Of a stretch of DNA of 64,000 bases, positions 1 through 11,334 are shown piece after piece. The stretch is from Kribbellaceae bacterium. Lineage in GTDB: Bacteria > Actinomycetota > Actinomycetes > Propionibacteriales > Kribbellaceae. A program made the translations under genes and the position numbers. The DNA is taken from positions 21,239-85,238 of the forward strand of contig JAWWPC010000076.1 of the NCBI GenBank assembly GCA_033851055.1, written 5' to 3'. The notes beneath the pieces are model-generated. The model was not told the origin of the DNA, did not search any database, and was given only the letters and a program-made list of their open reading frames with translations. The first letter of the stretch is position 1; every line of letters starts with the position of its first letter.

Positions 1-1159
1 GTCCGGCGCCCGCCACCGCGGCGGCCAGGAAGTCGGCCTCCTCGGCAGAGTGCGGCCGGGCGCGGAAGTCGATGTCGTTGCTACCCAAGGCCACCCGGGC
101 GAACTTCGAGTACGCGTAGGCGTCCTCGATGGTCAGCCGGCCGCCGGTCAGCACCGCCGCGTTGCCGTGTGCGGCCTTCAACTTCTCCGCCGCGAAGAAC
201 AGCGCCTCCGGCCAGGACGCCGCCCGTAGCTCGCCGTTCTCGCGGATCTGCGGATGGGTCAGCCGGTCACCGGTGGACGCGTAGTTGAACGCGAACCGGT
301 CCCGGTCGGAGATCCACTCCTCGTTCACCGCGGGGTCGTCGCCGGACAGCCGGCGCATCACCTTGCCGCGCCGGTAGTCGGCCCGGATCGCCGCACCGGA
401 CGCGTCGTGCTCGGCCACCGTCGGCACCGAGACCAGGTCGAACGGCCGGGACCGGAACCGGTACGACGCGCTGGTGAGCGCACCGACCGGGCAGATCTGG
501 ATCGTGTTGCCGGAGAAGTAGCTCTCGAACGGCTCCTTCTCGTAGATCCCGACCTGCTGCAGTGCGCCCCGCTCGAGCAGTTCGATGAACGGGTCACCGG
601 CGATCTGCTGGGAGAACCGGGTGCACCGCGCGCACAGCACACAGCGCTCGCGGTCCAGCAGCACCTGGGCGGAGATGTTGATCGGCTTGGGGTAGGTCCG
701 CTTCACCTCGTTGAACCGCGACTCGCCCCGGCCGTTGCTCATCGCCTGGTTCTGCAACGGGCACTCGCCGCCCTTGTCGCAGACGGGGCAGTCCAACGGG
801 TGATTGATCAGCAGGAACTCCATCTGGCCCTGCTGAGCCTTGTCGGCCACCGGCGAGCTGACCTGGGTCCGCAGCACCATGCCGTCGGCCACGGTCAGCG
901 AGCAGGCAGTCTGCGGCTTCGGCATCCCGCGCCCGTTGCCGGCGTCCACCACCTCGATCAGGCACTGACGGCAGGCGGCCACCGGGTCCAGCAACGGGTG
1001 GTCGCAGAACCGCGGGACCTGGATCCCGATTTGCTCGGCGGCCCGGATCGCCAGCGTGTTCCTGGGGACCTTGACCTCGATGTCGTCGATGGTCACCGTG
1101 ACCAGATCCGCCCGCTGGACGTCGGATCCACCGGCCGGCGGATTGGCTTGGATCGTCAT
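1..1159 (-). CDS. nuoG: NADH-quinone oxidoreductase subunit G (N-terminal part; runs off the window)
   Basis: ATG at 1159 overlaps the nuoF stop; reads MTIQANP...[13 protein letters not shown]...[12 protein letters not shown]...CRQC, with 2Fe-2S/4Fe-4S Cys motifs. Confidence 0.95.
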   Translation of the reverse strand, partial: MTIQANPPAGGSDVQRADLVTVTIDDIEVKVPRNTLAIRAAEQIGIQVPRFCDHPLLDPVAACRQCLIEVVDAGNGRGMPKPQTACSLTVADGMVLRTQVSSPVADKAQQGQMEFLLINHPLDCPVCDKGGECPLQNQAMSNGRGESRFNEVKRTYPKPINISAQVLLDRERCVLCARCTRFSQQIAGDPFIELLERGALQQVGIYEKEPFESYFSGNTIQICPVGALTSASYRFRSRPFDLVSVPTVAEHDASGAAIRADYRRGKVMRRLSGDDPAVNEEWISDRDRFAFNYASTGDRLTHPQIRENGELRAASWPEALFFAAEKLKAAHGNAAVLTGGRLTIEDAYAYSKFARVALGSNDIDFRARPHSAEEADFLAAAVAGAG

Positions 1160-2457
1160 GAAGTTGCTCCAGCTGTCGCGAACACGGTCGACGCCGTCCG
1201 GTCGAACGGGCAGCCGCCGTTGGTGAAGTGAGCCAGGTACTCGTCCTTGAAGTGCTGGATCGAGCTGGTGATCGGCGCAGTGGCACCGTCCGCGAGGGCG
1301 CAGAAGGACCGGCCGAAAATGTTGTCGCACAGATCCAGCAGCGTCTCCAGGTCGGCCTCGGTGCCCTTGCCGGCCTCCAACCGCTCCAGGATCTGGACCA
1401 GCCACCAGGTGCCCTCGCGGCAGGGGGTGCATTTGCCGCAGGACTCATGCTTGTAGAACTCGGTCCAGCGCAGCGTCGCCCGGACCACACAGGTGGTCTC
1501 GTCGAAGATCTGCAGAGCCTTGGTGCCGAGCAGCGAACCGGCCGCGGAGACACCTTCGTAGTCCAGCGGAATGTCCAGATGGTCGGCGGTCAGAATCGGC
1601 GTCGACGATCCGCCCGGGGTCCAGAACTTCAGCGCGTGGCCCTCCCGGACCCCACCTGCCAGCTCCAGCAGTTGCCGCAGGGTGATGCCCATCGGCGCCT
1701 CGTACTGTCCTGGCCGGGTGACGTGCCCGGACAACGAGTAGATCGTCGGGCCCTTGGACTTCTCGGTGCCCATCGAGGCGAACCAGTCCGCGCCGTTCTT
1801 GATGATCGCGGGAACTGAGGCGATCGACTCGACGTTGTTGATGACCGTGGGGCAGCCGTACAGGCCGGCCACCGCGGGGAACGGCGGCCGCAGCCGTGGT
1901 TGACCGCGACGCCCCTCCAGTGAGTCGAGCAGCGCCGTCTCCTCACCGCAGATGTAGGCGCCGGCGCCGGCGTGCACGATCACGTTGAGGTCGTAGCCGC
2001 TGCCGAGAATGTTCGTGCCGATGAAGCCGGCCAGCTTCGCCTCCTCGACCGCCTGCTGCAGCCGCCGCACCACGTGCAGCACCTCGCCGCGGACGTAGAT
2101 GAACGCCGTACTGGCCCGGATCGCGTACGCCGAGATGATGACGCCCTCGACCAGGGTGTGCGGCGAGGCAAGCATCAGTGGGATGTCCTTGCAGGTGCCC
2201 GGCTCGGACTCGTCTGCGTTCACCACGAGATACTTCGGCTTGGGATTGTCCTGAGGTATGAAGGACCACTTCATCCCCGTTGGGAAGCCCGCGCCACCAC
2301 GACCGCGCAGGCCGGAGTCCTTCACGGCGGTGACCACATCGGCCGGCTGCATCCGCAGCGCGGTCTTCAGTGCGCTATACCCGCCGGACCGAACGTACGA
2401 CGACAGCTGCCAGGAGCGGATCTGGTCCCAGTTGTCGGACAGCACTGGAGTCAGCAC
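1156..2457 (-). CDS. nuoF: NADH-quinone oxidoreductase subunit F
   Basis: [35 protein letters not shown] and [12 protein letters not shown] motifs. Confidence 0.98.
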   Translation of the reverse strand: MLTPVLSDNWDQIRSWQLSSYVRSGGYSALKTALRMQPADVVTAVKDSGLRGRGGAGFPTGMKWSFIPQDNPKPKYLVVNADESEPGTCKDIPLMLASPHTLVEGVIISAYAIRASTAFIYVRGEVLHVVRRLQQAVEEAKLAGFIGTNILGSGYDLNVIVHAGAGAYICGEETALLDSLEGRRGQPRLRPPFPAVAGLYGCPTVINNVESIASVPAIIKNGADWFASMGTEKSKGPTIYSLSGHVTRPGQYEAPMGITLRQLLELAGGVREGHALKFWTPGGSSTPILTADHLDIPLDYEGVSAAGSLLGTKALQIFDETTCVVRATLRWTEFYKHESCGKCTPCREGTWWLVQILERLEAGKGTEADLETLLDLCDNIFGRSFCALADGATAPITSSIQHFKDEYLAHFTNGGCPFDRTASTVFATAGATS

Positions 2458-2462
2458 AGTGA

Positions 2463-3257
2463 TCAGTCCTCCTTCCGCTTGTCAGGAATCGCCTGCGACC
2501 CTGTGCCTGATTCTCGGCCCGGCTGGTCCTCGGGCCGCGGCCCGGGACCAGCGTCCAGCGGAGGCGGGGCACCGCCGTGGCTGGGGGGTGGGGCTGTCCA
2601 GTTACGTTCGCGGGCCAGCCGCAGTCCGGCCAAGGTTGCCTTGCCGCCGGTCGGGCCCTCGTCGGCGCGACCGTCGGGAAAGCCGGCCAGCACCCGCTCC
2701 GCTTCCTTCCAGGTGCAGACCGTCGCGCCGCGCGGCGACTTCACCTCGGTACCGGACTGCAGGTCGTCCACCAGCCGGGTGGCCGACTCGGGGGTCATGT
2801 CATCGAAGAATTCCCAGTTCACCATCATCACCGGCGCGTAGTCGCAGGCGGCGTTGCACTCGAGGTGCTCGAGGGTGATCTTGCCGTCCTCGGTGGTCTC
2901 GTCGTTGCCAACCTGGAGGTGGCCCCTGAGCCGTTCGAAGATCAGGTCGCCGCCCATGATCGCGCAGAGCGTGTTGGTGCAGACCCCGACGTGGTACTCA
3001 CCGACCGGGCGGCGCTTGTACATCGTGTAGAAGGTCGCCACCGCGGAGACCTCGGCACCGGTCAGCCCGAGCACGTCGGCGCAGGCCTCGATGCCTTCCG
3101 GCGTCACCCGGCCCTCCACCGACTGCACCAGGTGCAGCATCGGCAGCAGCGCCGAGCGGGCCTCCGGGTACCGGCCGGCCAGCTCGCGCAGCTCGGCGAG
3201 CGTCGTGTCGCCGATCTTCGAGTCGCCCGTGCTGTAGGGAACAGTTGCGTCTGCCAT
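2463..3257 (-). CDS. nuoE: NADH-quinone oxidoreductase subunit E
   Basis: VATFYTMY, CTNTLC and ECNAACDYAP 2Fe-2S ligands; operon position. Confidence 0.97.
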   Translation of the reverse strand: MADATVPYSTGDSKIGDTTLAELRELAGRYPEARSALLPMLHLVQSVEGRVTPEGIEACADVLGLTGAEVSAVATFYTMYKRRPVGEYHVGVCTNTLCAIMGGDLIFERLRGHLQVGNDETTEDGKITLEHLECNAACDYAPVMMVNWEFFDDMTPESATRLVDDLQSGTEVKSPRGATVCTWKEAERVLAGFPDGRADEGPTGGKATLAGLRLARERNWTAPPPSHGGAPPPLDAGPGPRPEDQPGRESGTGSQAIPDKRKED

Positions 3258-4610
3258 TTATCGGTCCACTCCACCCATCACCGGGTCAAGGCTGGCGACG
3301 GCGACGATCACGTCGGCCACCTGCGCGCCCTCGCACAGGATCGGCATCGCCTGCAGGTTGCAGAAGGACGGGTCACGGAAGTGCGCCCGGTACGGCTTGG
3401 TGCCGCCGTCGGACACGAGGTGGCAGCCTAGCTCGCCGCGCGGCGACTCGATCGCCACATAGGCCTGGCCGGCCGGCACCCGGAAGCCCTCGGTGACCAG
3501 CTTGAAGTGATGGATCAGAGCTTCCATCGACTCGCCCATGATGTGCTTGATGTGGTCGAGCGAGTTGCCCATCCCGTCGTTGCCGACGGCCAGTTGGCTC
3601 GGCCAGCCGATCTTCTTGTCGGCCACCATCACCGGCTGACCTTCCATCCTGGCAAGGCGGTCGGCGCACTGCTCGACGATCTTCAGGCTCTCGTGCATCT
3701 CCTGCAGCCGGATCCGGAAGCGGCCGTAGGAGTCCGCCGTGTCCCAGGTCACCACGTCGAAGTCGTACGTCTCGTAACCGCAGTACGGCTGGGTCTTGCG
3801 CAGGTCCAGGCCGTACCCGGTCGCACGCAGCGGCGGCCCGGAGATGCCGAGCGCCATACACCCGGTCAGGTCCAGGTAGCCGACCTTCTCCAGCCGGTGC
3901 TTGAAGATCGGGTTCGCGTTGCACAGTTCGGCGTACTCGGGCAGGTGCTTGTTCATCCAGGTGATGTAGTCCCGGATCTTGTCCAGCGCACCCGGCGGCA
4001 GGTCCTGGGCGACGCCGCCCGGCCGGATGAACGCGTGGTTCATCCGCAGACCGGTGATCAGCTCGAACAGGTCGAGCGTCATCTCCCGCTCGCGGAAGCC
4101 GATCGTCATCACGGTCAGCGCGCCGATCTCCATGCCCCCGGTGGCGATCGCGACCAGGTGGCTGGAGATGCGGTTCAGCTCCATCAGGAGCACCCGCATC
4201 ACGGTCGCCTTCTCCGGCACCTGGTCCTCGATGCCGAGCAGCCGCTCGACCGCCAGGCTGTACGCCGCCTCGTTGTAGAACGGCGACAGGTAGTCCATCC
4301 GGGTGCAGAACGTAACGCCCTGCGTCCAGTTGCGGAACTCCATGTTCTTCTCGATGCCGGTGTGCAAGTAGCCGATGCCGCAGCGGGCCTCGGTCACCGT
4401 CTCGCCCTCGAGCTCGAGGATGAGCCGGAGCACGCCGTGCGTGGACGGGTGCTGCGGGCCCATGTTGACGACGACGCGCTCTTCGGGTTCGTCGCCGAGA
4501 CCGGAGACGACGGAGTCCCAGTCCTGCCCGGTGACGGTGAAAACTTTGCCCTCGGTCGTGTCCCGAGCAGTTGAGTAGGGAGCGTACGGGTCGGTATTAG
4601 TCTCGGTCAT
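3258..4610 (-). CDS. nuoD: NADH-quinone oxidoreductase subunit D
   Basis: [25 protein letters not shown]-terminal GGVDR. Confidence 0.98.
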   Translation of the reverse strand: MTETNTDPYAPYSTARDTTEGKVFTVTGQDWDSVVSGLGDEPEERVVVNMGPQHPSTHGVLRLILELEGETVTEARCGIGYLHTGIEKNMEFRNWTQGVTFCTRMDYLSPFYNEAAYSLAVERLLGIEDQVPEKATVMRVLLMELNRISSHLVAIATGGMEIGALTVMTIGFREREMTLDLFELITGLRMNHAFIRPGGVAQDLPPGALDKIRDYITWMNKHLPEYAELCNANPIFKHRLEKVGYLDLTGCMALGISGPPLRATGYGLDLRKTQPYCGYETYDFDVVTWDTADSYGRFRIRLQEMHESLKIVEQCADRLARMEGQPVMVADKKIGWPSQLAVGNDGMGNSLDHIKHIMGESMEALIHHFKLVTEGFRVPAGQAYVAIESPRGELGCHLVSDGGTKPYRAHFRDPSFCNLQAMPILCEGAQVADVIVAVASLDPVMGGVDR

Positions 4611-5317
4611 CAGTTGTACGACCTCCGCGTATCGGGCGGCGGGATTGTCGCGCCCTTGTACTCGACGTCGATCCCGCCGAGCGGGTAGTCCTTGCGCTGC
4701 GGGTGGCCCGCCCAGTCGTCAGGCATCTGGATCCGGGTCAGGGCGGGGTGCCCGTCGAAGATGATGCCGAAGAAGTCCCAGGTCTCGCGCTCGTGCCAGT
4801 CGTTGGCCGGGTAGACCGAGACCACCGACGGGATGTGCGGGTCGGCGTCCGGGCAGGACACCTCCAGCCGGATCCGCCGGTTGTGGGTGATCGAGAGCAG
4901 GTGGTAGACGGCGTGCAGCTCGCGGCCCGTCTCGTTCGGGTAGTGCACCCCGCTCACGCCGGAGCAGAACTCGAACCGGAGCGCCTCGTCGTCCCGGATG
5001 TGCTGGGCGACCTCGACCAGGTGCTCTCGCCTGATGTGCAGGGTCAGTTCGCCGTACGCGACAACGACCTTCTCGATCGCGCCGGCGGCGGCCAGGCCCT
5101 CGAGCCGCTCGGTGGCAGCGTCGAACCAGCCGCCGTACGGCTTGGGCGAACCGCCGGGCAGCGCGACCTGGCGGCGCAGGCCGCCGAAGCCGGAGGTGTC
5201 ACCAGTACCGCGGACACCGAACATGCCCTCGCGCTGGTCGACGACCTCGCTCCCGGGCGTCTGCGCGTCGCTGCCCGGCGAGGCCGCCGGAAGGTTCTCG
5301 GGCTGTACATCACTCAT
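4610..5317 (-). CDS. nuoC: NADH-quinone oxidoreductase subunit C
   Basis: [22 protein letters not shown]; true start MSDVQ (ATG 5317) overlaps the nuoB stop. Confidence 0.96.
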   Translation of the reverse strand: MSDVQPENLPAASPGSDAQTPGSEVVDQREGMFGVRGTGDTSGFGGLRRQVALPGGSPKPYGGWFDAATERLEGLAAAGAIEKVVVAYGELTLHIRREHLVEVAQHIRDDEALRFEFCSGVSGVHYPNETGRELHAVYHLLSITHNRRIRLEVSCPDADPHIPSVVSVYPANDWHERETWDFFGIIFDGHPALTRIQMPDDWAGHPQRKDYPLGGIDVEYKGATIPPPDTRRSYN

Positions 5318-5868
5318 CTGAGCAAACCCTTCAGTTCGAGGGTCGGTGCCGCCGCCAGAGCGGCCGCCTCGCGCTCGGCCTCCAGCGCCGCCCGGGGCTT
5401 GCCGAGCTTGCCGTGCTGGATGTCGTCGTGCAGCTTCAGGAACGCGTCCAGCAGCATCTCCGGCCGCGGCGGGCAGCCCGGCAGATACATGTCGACCGGG
5501 ACCACGTGGTCCACACCCTGCACGATGGCATAGTTGTTGAACATACCGCCGGAGGACGCACAGACACCCATTGCCAGCACCCACTTCGGGTTCGGCATCT
5601 GGTCGTAGATCTGACGCAGCACCGGAGCCATCTTCTGGCTCACCCGGCCGGCCACGATCATCAGGTCTGCCTGTCGTGGCGAAGCACGGAAGACCTCCAT
5701 GCCGAACCGGGCCGCGTCGTACCGCGGGGCCCCGGTCGTCATCATCTCGATCGCGCAGCACGCCAGCCCGAAGGTTGCCGGCCACAACGATGCCTTGCGC
5801 ATATAGCCGGCCAGGCCCTCGACCGTGGTCAGCAGCAGCCCGGCGGGAAGTTGTTCCTCAACACCCAT
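5314..5868 (-). CDS. nuoB: NADH-quinone oxidoreductase subunit B
   Basis: [23 protein letters not shown]. Confidence 0.98.
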   Translation of the reverse strand: MGVEEQLPAGLLLTTVEGLAGYMRKASLWPATFGLACCAIEMMTTGAPRYDAARFGMEVFRASPRQADLMIVAGRVSQKMAPVLRQIYDQMPNPKWVLAMGVCASSGGMFNNYAIVQGVDHVVPVDMYLPGCPPRPEMLLDAFLKLHDDIQHGKLGKPRAALEAEREAAALAAAPTLELKGLLR

Positions 5869-5880
5869 ATGAACCCACCC

Positions 5881-6240
5881 TCAATCCCATTCAAGGCCAC
5901 CGCGGCGCCAGACATAGGCGTACGCGATGAAAACGGTTCCGATGAAGATGACCATCTCGAGCAACCCGAACAGCGCCATCTGGTCGAACGCGACGGCCCA
6001 CGGGTAGAGGAAGATGATCTCGATGTCGAACACGATGAAGAGCATCGCGGTGATGTAGTACTTCACCGGGAAGCGCCCACCACCGACCGGCTGCGGGGTC
6101 GGCTCGATCCCGCACTCGTACGAGTCGAGTTTGGCCCGGTTGTAGCGCTTCGGGCCGACGAGCGCGCTCGTCACCAGGGTGCCCGCCACAAAGATCGTTG
6201 CGAGCACACCGAGAATGATGATCGGTACGTAAGGGTGCAT
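5881..6240 (-). CDS. nuoA: NADH-quinone oxidoreductase subunit A
   Basis: YECGIEP, FIVFDIEIIFLYPWA, three TM segments. Confidence 0.98.
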   Translation of the reverse strand: MHPYVPIIILGVLATIFVAGTLVTSALVGPKRYNRAKLDSYECGIEPTPQPVGGGRFPVKYYITAMLFIVFDIEIIFLYPWAVAFDQMALFGLLEMVIFIGTVFIAYAYVWRRGGLEWD

Positions 6241-6331
6241 CGTCGCGTGCTCCCTCCTTCTGCGTCCGTACTGCCGGATCGGTGCTGTTGCCAGTTTGGT
6301 TCGGGACTTTGTTACCAGTAGTGCTCTGTCG

Positions 6332-7654
6332 TCAGGCGGCCGGGGCCACCTTCGTCAGGCCGTTGATGATCTTGTCCATCACGTCCCCATCGCGGGGGTC
6401 GGTCAGGTTCGCCAGCAACTTCAGGGTGAACTTCATCAGGGTGGTCCGCGGCAGACCGTACTTGGTGCACAGCCGCATCACCTCCGGATTTCCGATCAGC
6501 TTCACGAAGATCCGGCCCAGCGTGTAGTAGCCGCCGTACTCCTGCTTGAGCGCCTTCGGGTACGCCGACAGGGCGCGCTCGCGCTGGTTCGGCTGCCGGT
6601 GCAGCGCCTGCGCGGCCACCTCGGCGGCGAACGCGCCGGACTCCATCGCGTACGGGATGCCCTCGCCGTTGAACGGGTTGACCATGCCGCCGGCGTCACC
6701 CAGCAGCATCAGCCCGCGGCTGTAGTGCGGCTGCCGGTTGAACCCCATCGGCAGCGCCGCGCCGCGGATCGGCGACGTCATGAACTCCTCGCGGAACTGC
6801 CAAGCCTCCGGGGTGTTCTGCAGCCACCGCATCAGCAGGTCGGAGTAATCCACCTTGCCGAAGGCGTTGGAGGTGTTCAGGATGCCTAGGCCGACGTTGA
6901 CCGTGCCGTCGCCCATCCCGAAGATCCAGCCGTAGCCGGGTAGCAGGTTGCGCTGACCGGGCTGCTGCGGGTCGTCGGCCCACAGTTCCAGCCACGACTC
7001 GAGGTAGTCGTCGTCGTGGCGCGGGCTGGTGAAGTAGGTGCGGACGGCGACACCCATCGGGCGGTCGTCGCGCTTGTGCAGGCCCATCGCGACACTCAGC
7101 CGGGACGAGTTGCCGTCGGCCGCCATCACCAGCGGCGCGCGGTACTCGACATCCGCGCCCTCACGTCGGCCGCTGTCATCCACCGGCTTCGCACTGACAC
7201 CGACGATGAAGCCGGTCTGCTCGTCCAGGATCGGCGCGATCACGTTGGTGCGCTCACGCAGCCGCGCCCCGGCCTTGACGGCCTGCCGGGCGAGCATCTC
7301 GTCGAAGTCCATCCGGTTCCGGGTCAGCCCGTAGTTCGGGTGGCTCGCCAGGTCCGGCCAGTCCAGCTGCAGGACGTGCCCGGCCCCCTGGATGCGGAGG
7401 CCGTAGTTGCGGATCCAGCCGGCTTCGGGCGAGATGTCGATGCCCATGTTGATCAGCTGCTTGGTGCCGCGCGGGGTGAGACCGTCGCCGCAGACCTTCT
7501 CGCGCGGGAACGCCGTCTTCTCCAGCAGCAGCACGTCGAGGCCGGCATTCGCCAGGTGGTAGGCGGCCGCGGAGCCTGCGGGCCCCGCACCGACAACGAT
7601 CACATCGGCGGTCTCGGCCTGCTGCCGACCCGTTGTCGACGCGATCTGGCTCAT
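6332..7654 (-). CDS. menJ: Geranylgeranyl reductase-family flavoprotein (menaquinone side-chain reductase, MenJ-like)
   Basis: GAGPAG FAD motif, FPREKVCGDGLTPR, GDAGGMVNPFNGEGI; lies between menG and nuoA. Confidence 0.85.
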   Translation of the reverse strand: MSQIASTTGRQQAETADVIVVGAGPAGSAAAYHLANAGLDVLLLEKTAFPREKVCGDGLTPRGTKQLINMGIDISPEAGWIRNYGLRIQGAGHVLQLDWPDLASHPNYGLTRNRMDFDEMLARQAVKAGARLRERTNVIAPILDEQTGFIVGVSAKPVDDSGRREGADVEYRAPLVMAADGNSSRLSVAMGLHKRDDRPMGVAVRTYFTSPRHDDDYLESWLELWADDPQQPGQRNLLPGYGWIFGMGDGTVNVGLGILNTSNAFGKVDYSDLLMRWLQNTPEAWQFREEFMTSPIRGAALPMGFNRQPHYSRGLMLLGDAGGMVNPFNGEGIPYAMESGAFAAEVAAQALHRQPNQRERALSAYPKALKQEYGGYYTLGRIFVKLIGNPEVMRLCTKYGLPRTTLMKFTLKLLANLTDPRDGDVMDKIINGLTKVAPAA

Positions 7655-7747
7655 CTCATCCCGGCCTGGAGTTTGGCGGTCTCTTAGTCACTAGCACTGT
7701 CACTATCACTGCTGTCGCTATTACTGCGCTGGAAGCATCGCACAGCA

Positions 7748-7767
7748 CTCGTGAATCCCTTCACGAG
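7748..7767. promoter_or_regulatory. Rex operator-like palindrome CTCGTGAATCCCTTCACGAG
   Basis: Perfect 8-bp arms; matches the Rex consensus TTGTGAA-N4-TTCACAA; upstream of menJ-nuo. Confidence 0.75.
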
Positions 7768-7865
7768 GCCTGGTCACCCGACAGTCTAGGACTGCCCGAC
7801 TTGGACGCGAAACCGGGCCGGAAACCGTTACCGCAGGACATTTACGCTCACCACTCCTTGCGTAA

Positions 7866-8564
7866 TTACCCGCCTCTGACCGCGCGGTGGATCGCGATCA
7901 GGCCGCCGGTGAGGTTGCGCCACTGCACCTGCGACCAGCCGGACGCCTCGATGGTCCGGGCCAGCGGCTCCTGACCGGGCCAGGCGCGGACCGACTCGGC
8001 CAGGTAGCTGTAGGCGTCCGGGTTGGTGGAGACCGCCTTCGCCACCACCGGGACCGCGCGCATCATGTACTCGAGATAGGCCACCCGGAACGGCTTCCAG
8101 GTCGGGTGCGAGTTCTCCAGCACCACCAGCCGGCCACCCGGCTTCGTCACCCGAAGCATCTCCTGCAGGGCCACGCCGACGTCGTTCACGTTCCGCAGCG
8201 CCCAGGAGATCGTCACCACGTCGAAGGTCTCGTCCGCGAACGGCAGCCGCAGCGCGTCCCCGGCGATCAGGTCGAGCTCGGGGTACCGGCGCTTGCCGAC
8301 CCGGAGCATGCCGACCGAGAAGTCACACGACACGACCTCGGCCCCGGCGTCCCGCAGCTTGACGCTGGAAGCTCCCGTGCCCGCCGCCAGGTCCAGGATC
8401 CTCATCCCCTTGCGCGGCGCGATCTCCGCCAGCGTCTGCGGCCGCCAGTACAGCTTCTCCAGCCCCATCGTGGCGACCGCGTTGGTCCGGTCGTACCCCT
8501 CCGCGACGTTGTCGAACATCGCGGCGACGGCCTCAGGCTGTTTGGTCAGGTCTGCGCGGGTCAC
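7866..8564 (-). CDS. menG: Demethylmenaquinone methyltransferase (MenG/UbiE)
   Basis: MFDNVA..YDRTN, LDLAAGTG SAM motif, YSYLAESVRAWP. Confidence 0.93.
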   Translation of the reverse strand: MTRADLTKQPEAVAAMFDNVAEGYDRTNAVATMGLEKLYWRPQTLAEIAPRKGMRILDLAAGTGASSVKLRDAGAEVVSCDFSVGMLRVGKRRYPELDLIAGDALRLPFADETFDVVTISWALRNVNDVGVALQEMLRVTKPGGRLVVLENSHPTWKPFRVAYLEYMMRAVPVVAKAVSTNPDAYSYLAESVRAWPGQEPLARTIEASGWSQVQWRNLTGGLIAIHRAVRGG

Positions 8565-8698
8565 CTGTCTAGTTGATCACGGGCACCTAAGATCCGCTGG
8601 ACAGAGAGGCGGCATACGCTTGCATGCCGTGAGCGGATCACCAGAGAGCCGGCCGGCCACCGCAACCCGGGGCCGGAGAGCGAACGAGGAGTGTTGCC

Positions 8699-9967
8699 GT
8701 GAGCTTGTCTGACCCGGACCCCGGGCGTCACCCGGCTCCGCAGCTGGTGGTTCGCAGCCACCGGGTCGAGGGCGTCTCCCCCGTCCTGCTGGACCACCTG
8801 CCCGACCTTGGTGGGCTGGCTTGGGTCCGGCGCGGCGACGGCCACGTCGGCTGGGGCGTCGCCGCCCGGCTGGACGTTGCCGGCAGCAACCGGTTCGAGG
8901 AGGCCCAGGTCTGGTGGCAGGCGCTGACCGGCGCGGCCGTGGTCCGCGACGAGGTCGGCGTTCCCGGCTCCGGCCTTGTCTGCTTCGGTTCTTTCGGCTT
9001 CACCGACTCCGACCCGAGTGAGCTCGTGGTCCCGGAGGTGATCGTCGGCAGCCGTGCCGGCAGCACCTGGGTGACCACGATCTCGCCGGCCAGCTCGCTC
9101 GCCGCTCCGCCGGAACTAACCCGGTACGAGCCGGAACCAGTCGGCCAGGTCGCCTTCGCCGACGGCGCCCGGCTCGGCACCGAGTGGGAGGCGATCGTCG
9201 CGGATGCGGTGACCCGGATCACCAGCGGCGAACTCGACAAGGTGGTGCTGGCCCGGGACCTGATCGCGATCGCGTCGAAGCCGATCGACCTGCGCTGGCC
9301 GCTGCACCGGCTCGCCGCGGCGTACCCGAACTGCTGGACGTTCTCCGTCGACGGGCTGATCGGCGCCACCCCGGAACTGCTGGTCCGGCGTGAGAACGGC
9401 CTGATCACCTCGCGGGTCCTGGCCGGCACGATCCGGCGTACGGGCGACGACGCGCACGACCTGGCGCTGGCCGCGTCGCTGGCTCGGTCCAGTAAGGACC
9501 TCGAGGAGCACGAGTTCGCGGTCCGCTCGGTGGCCGACGCGCTGAAGCACCACTGCAAGTCGATGAACGTGCCCGAGACCCCGTTCGTCCTGCACCTGCC
9601 GAATGTGATGCATCTCGCGTCTGACGTCGCCGGGGTCGCCGCGAACGGGGCCTCCGCACTCGGCCTCGCCGCCGCGCTCCACCCGTCCGCGGCCATCGGC
9701 GGTACGCCGACCGACGTCGCGCGGGACCTGATCGGCGAGATCGAGGGGATGTCCCGCGGCCGGTTCAGCGGTCCGGTCGGGTGGATGGACGCCGGTGGCG
9801 ACGGCGAGTGGTGCATCGCGCTGCGCTGCGGCCAGGCGGATCCGGACGACCCGACGCGGATGCGGTTGTTCGCCGGCGCCGGCATCGTGGCCGGGTCCGA
9901 CCCGGAGGCCGAGCTGGCCGAAACGAACGCCAAGTTGGTTCCGATGAGAGACGCGTTGGGAGACTGA
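8699..9967 (+). CDS. menF: Isochorismate synthase
   Basis: KVVLAR, GATPELL, LAGT, KDLEEH, LHPSAAIGG, AGAGIVAGS..E..ET chorismate-binding motifs. Confidence 0.92.
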   Translation: MSLSDPDPGRHPAPQLVVRSHRVEGVSPVLLDHLPDLGGLAWVRRGDGHVGWGVAARLDVAGSNRFEEAQVWWQALTGAAVVRDEVGVPGSGLVCFGSFGFTDSDPSELVVPEVIVGSRAGSTWVTTISPASSLAAPPELTRYEPEPVGQVAFADGARLGTEWEAIVADAVTRITSGELDKVVLARDLIAIASKPIDLRWPLHRLAAAYPNCWTFSVDGLIGATPELLVRRENGLITSRVLAGTIRRTGDDAHDLALAASLARSSKDLEEHEFAVRSVADALKHHCKSMNVPETPFVLHLPNVMHLASDVAGVAANGASALGLAAALHPSAAIGGTPTDVARDLIGEIEGMSRGRFSGPVGWMDAGGDGEWCIALRCGQADPDDPTRMRLFAGAGIVAGSDPEAELAETNAKLVPMRDALGD

Positions 9968-10593
9968 TGAAGCTCACGAAGTTCACGCATGCCTGTGTCC
10001 GGATCGAGAAGGACGGCAAGGTGCTGCTGGTCGACCCAGGCATCTGGGCTGAGAACGAGGCGTTCGAAGGGGTGGACGCGATCCTGGTCACCCACGAGCA
10101 CTTCGACCACCTGGACCAGGAGCGGATCCCCTCGTTCGAGGTGCCGGTCTTTACCAACGCCTCCGTCGCCGCGCAACTGGCAGACGACGGTATCGGCGAC
10201 CGGGTGACGGTGATCGAGGGCGGCCAGTCCTTCGAGGTGGCCGGTTTCAAGGTCAGTGCCTACGGCAACGACCATGCCATCATCCTGCCGGAGCTGGGCG
10301 TCCCGTGCCAGAACGTCGGCTTCCTGATCGAAGACGCCATCTACCACCCGGGCGACTCGTGGACCAGGCCCGGCCGCGCGGTGCACACCAATCTGGTGCC
10401 GCTCTCGGGTCCCTGGTACACCACGCGGGAGGCGGTCGAGTACACCCGGGAGGTCGTTGCCGAGCAGGCCGTTGGCATCCACGACGCCCTGCTGAGCGAG
10501 ATCGGGCTCGGCCTGAGCAGGACCTGGATCGGTGTCCAGGGCCGCAAGGCCTACCACGGGCTGACCCCCGGCGATTGGATCGAGATCAACTGA
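9967..10593 (+). CDS. MBL-fold metallo-hydrolase
   Basis: Start MKLTKFTHAC (ATG overlaps the menF stop); THEHFDH, YHPGDS, GIHD. Confidence 0.9.
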   Translation: MKLTKFTHACVRIEKDGKVLLVDPGIWAENEAFEGVDAILVTHEHFDHLDQERIPSFEVPVFTNASVAAQLADDGIGDRVTVIEGGQSFEVAGFKVSAYGNDHAIILPELGVPCQNVGFLIEDAIYHPGDSWTRPGRAVHTNLVPLSGPWYTTREAVEYTREVVAEQAVGIHDALLSEIGLGLSRTWIGVQGRKAYHGLTPGDWIEIN

Positions 10594-11262
10594 AGTCGTA
10601 GCGGACGAAGTCGGCGACTGGTTCGTAGCCGATCGCCGCGTAGATCTTGTTCGAGGTCCGGTTCGCCAGATCCGTGTAGAGGCAGGCCGCTGAGCCGCTG
10701 TCGATGATTCGCCGGGATACGAATGCGGTCAATGCGCTGGCATAGCCATGCCCACGGTGCTCTGAAGGTGTGTAGACCGGACCGACCCTGGTCGATCCGA
10801 AGACCGTGGCCTGGTGACCGACCAGGCAGACCGGCTGCCCCTGCAACTCCCATAACCAGAGCCGGCCGAGCTTGTGCAGCCGGGTGCCCCGCGTCTGCTT
10901 GTACTCCTTGCCGAATCGGCTGGACCATTCTTCGGCGAAGAGCCTGGCGGCTGCCGCCGTACCCTCGACGACATCGGCCTCGGGAGCTGCGGCGGCGAAG
11001 GCATCGACCACCGTGGGCACCAAGGCATCGGTCAGACCGCCCAGGAAGATGCCCCGGCCGGGGTCCGCATGCAACCGCCGACCACCTGCCCGTCCGCCGC
11101 GTGCACCGAGACGAACACCGGTGGGGAAGGGTCTGCCAACACACCGGTCGCCCGGTCCTGGACGTTGCTGAGCAGGACCGTGTTCAGTACCGGATCCTTT
11201 TCCAGGAAGGGAAACACGGTCGCCGCGAACTCGGCTGGATCATTGGTCACCCGAACACTCAC
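10586..11262 (-). pseudogene. GNAT (FR47-like) acetyltransferase, frameshifted and apparently internally deleted
   Basis: N-terminal frame (MSVRVTNDP...MRTP) switches near 11062 to GRGIFLG...; C-terminus has VGPVYTP..HRGHGYAS..LYTDLAN.TSNKIY..IGY. Confidence 0.8.
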
Positions 11263-11334
11263 ACCAGCTCACACTAGTGTCCTGACGGGACTCGGGTCGC
11301 CTGGTTTTCCGACCGGCACTCCTACACTGCGGAC

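Noticed and set aside
8699-9967. Isochorismate synthase with isochorismatase (47557) and EntS-like MFS (62493) as a siderophore cluster
   Set aside because: The genes are far apart with no NRPS or entA; menF fits the menaquinone context.
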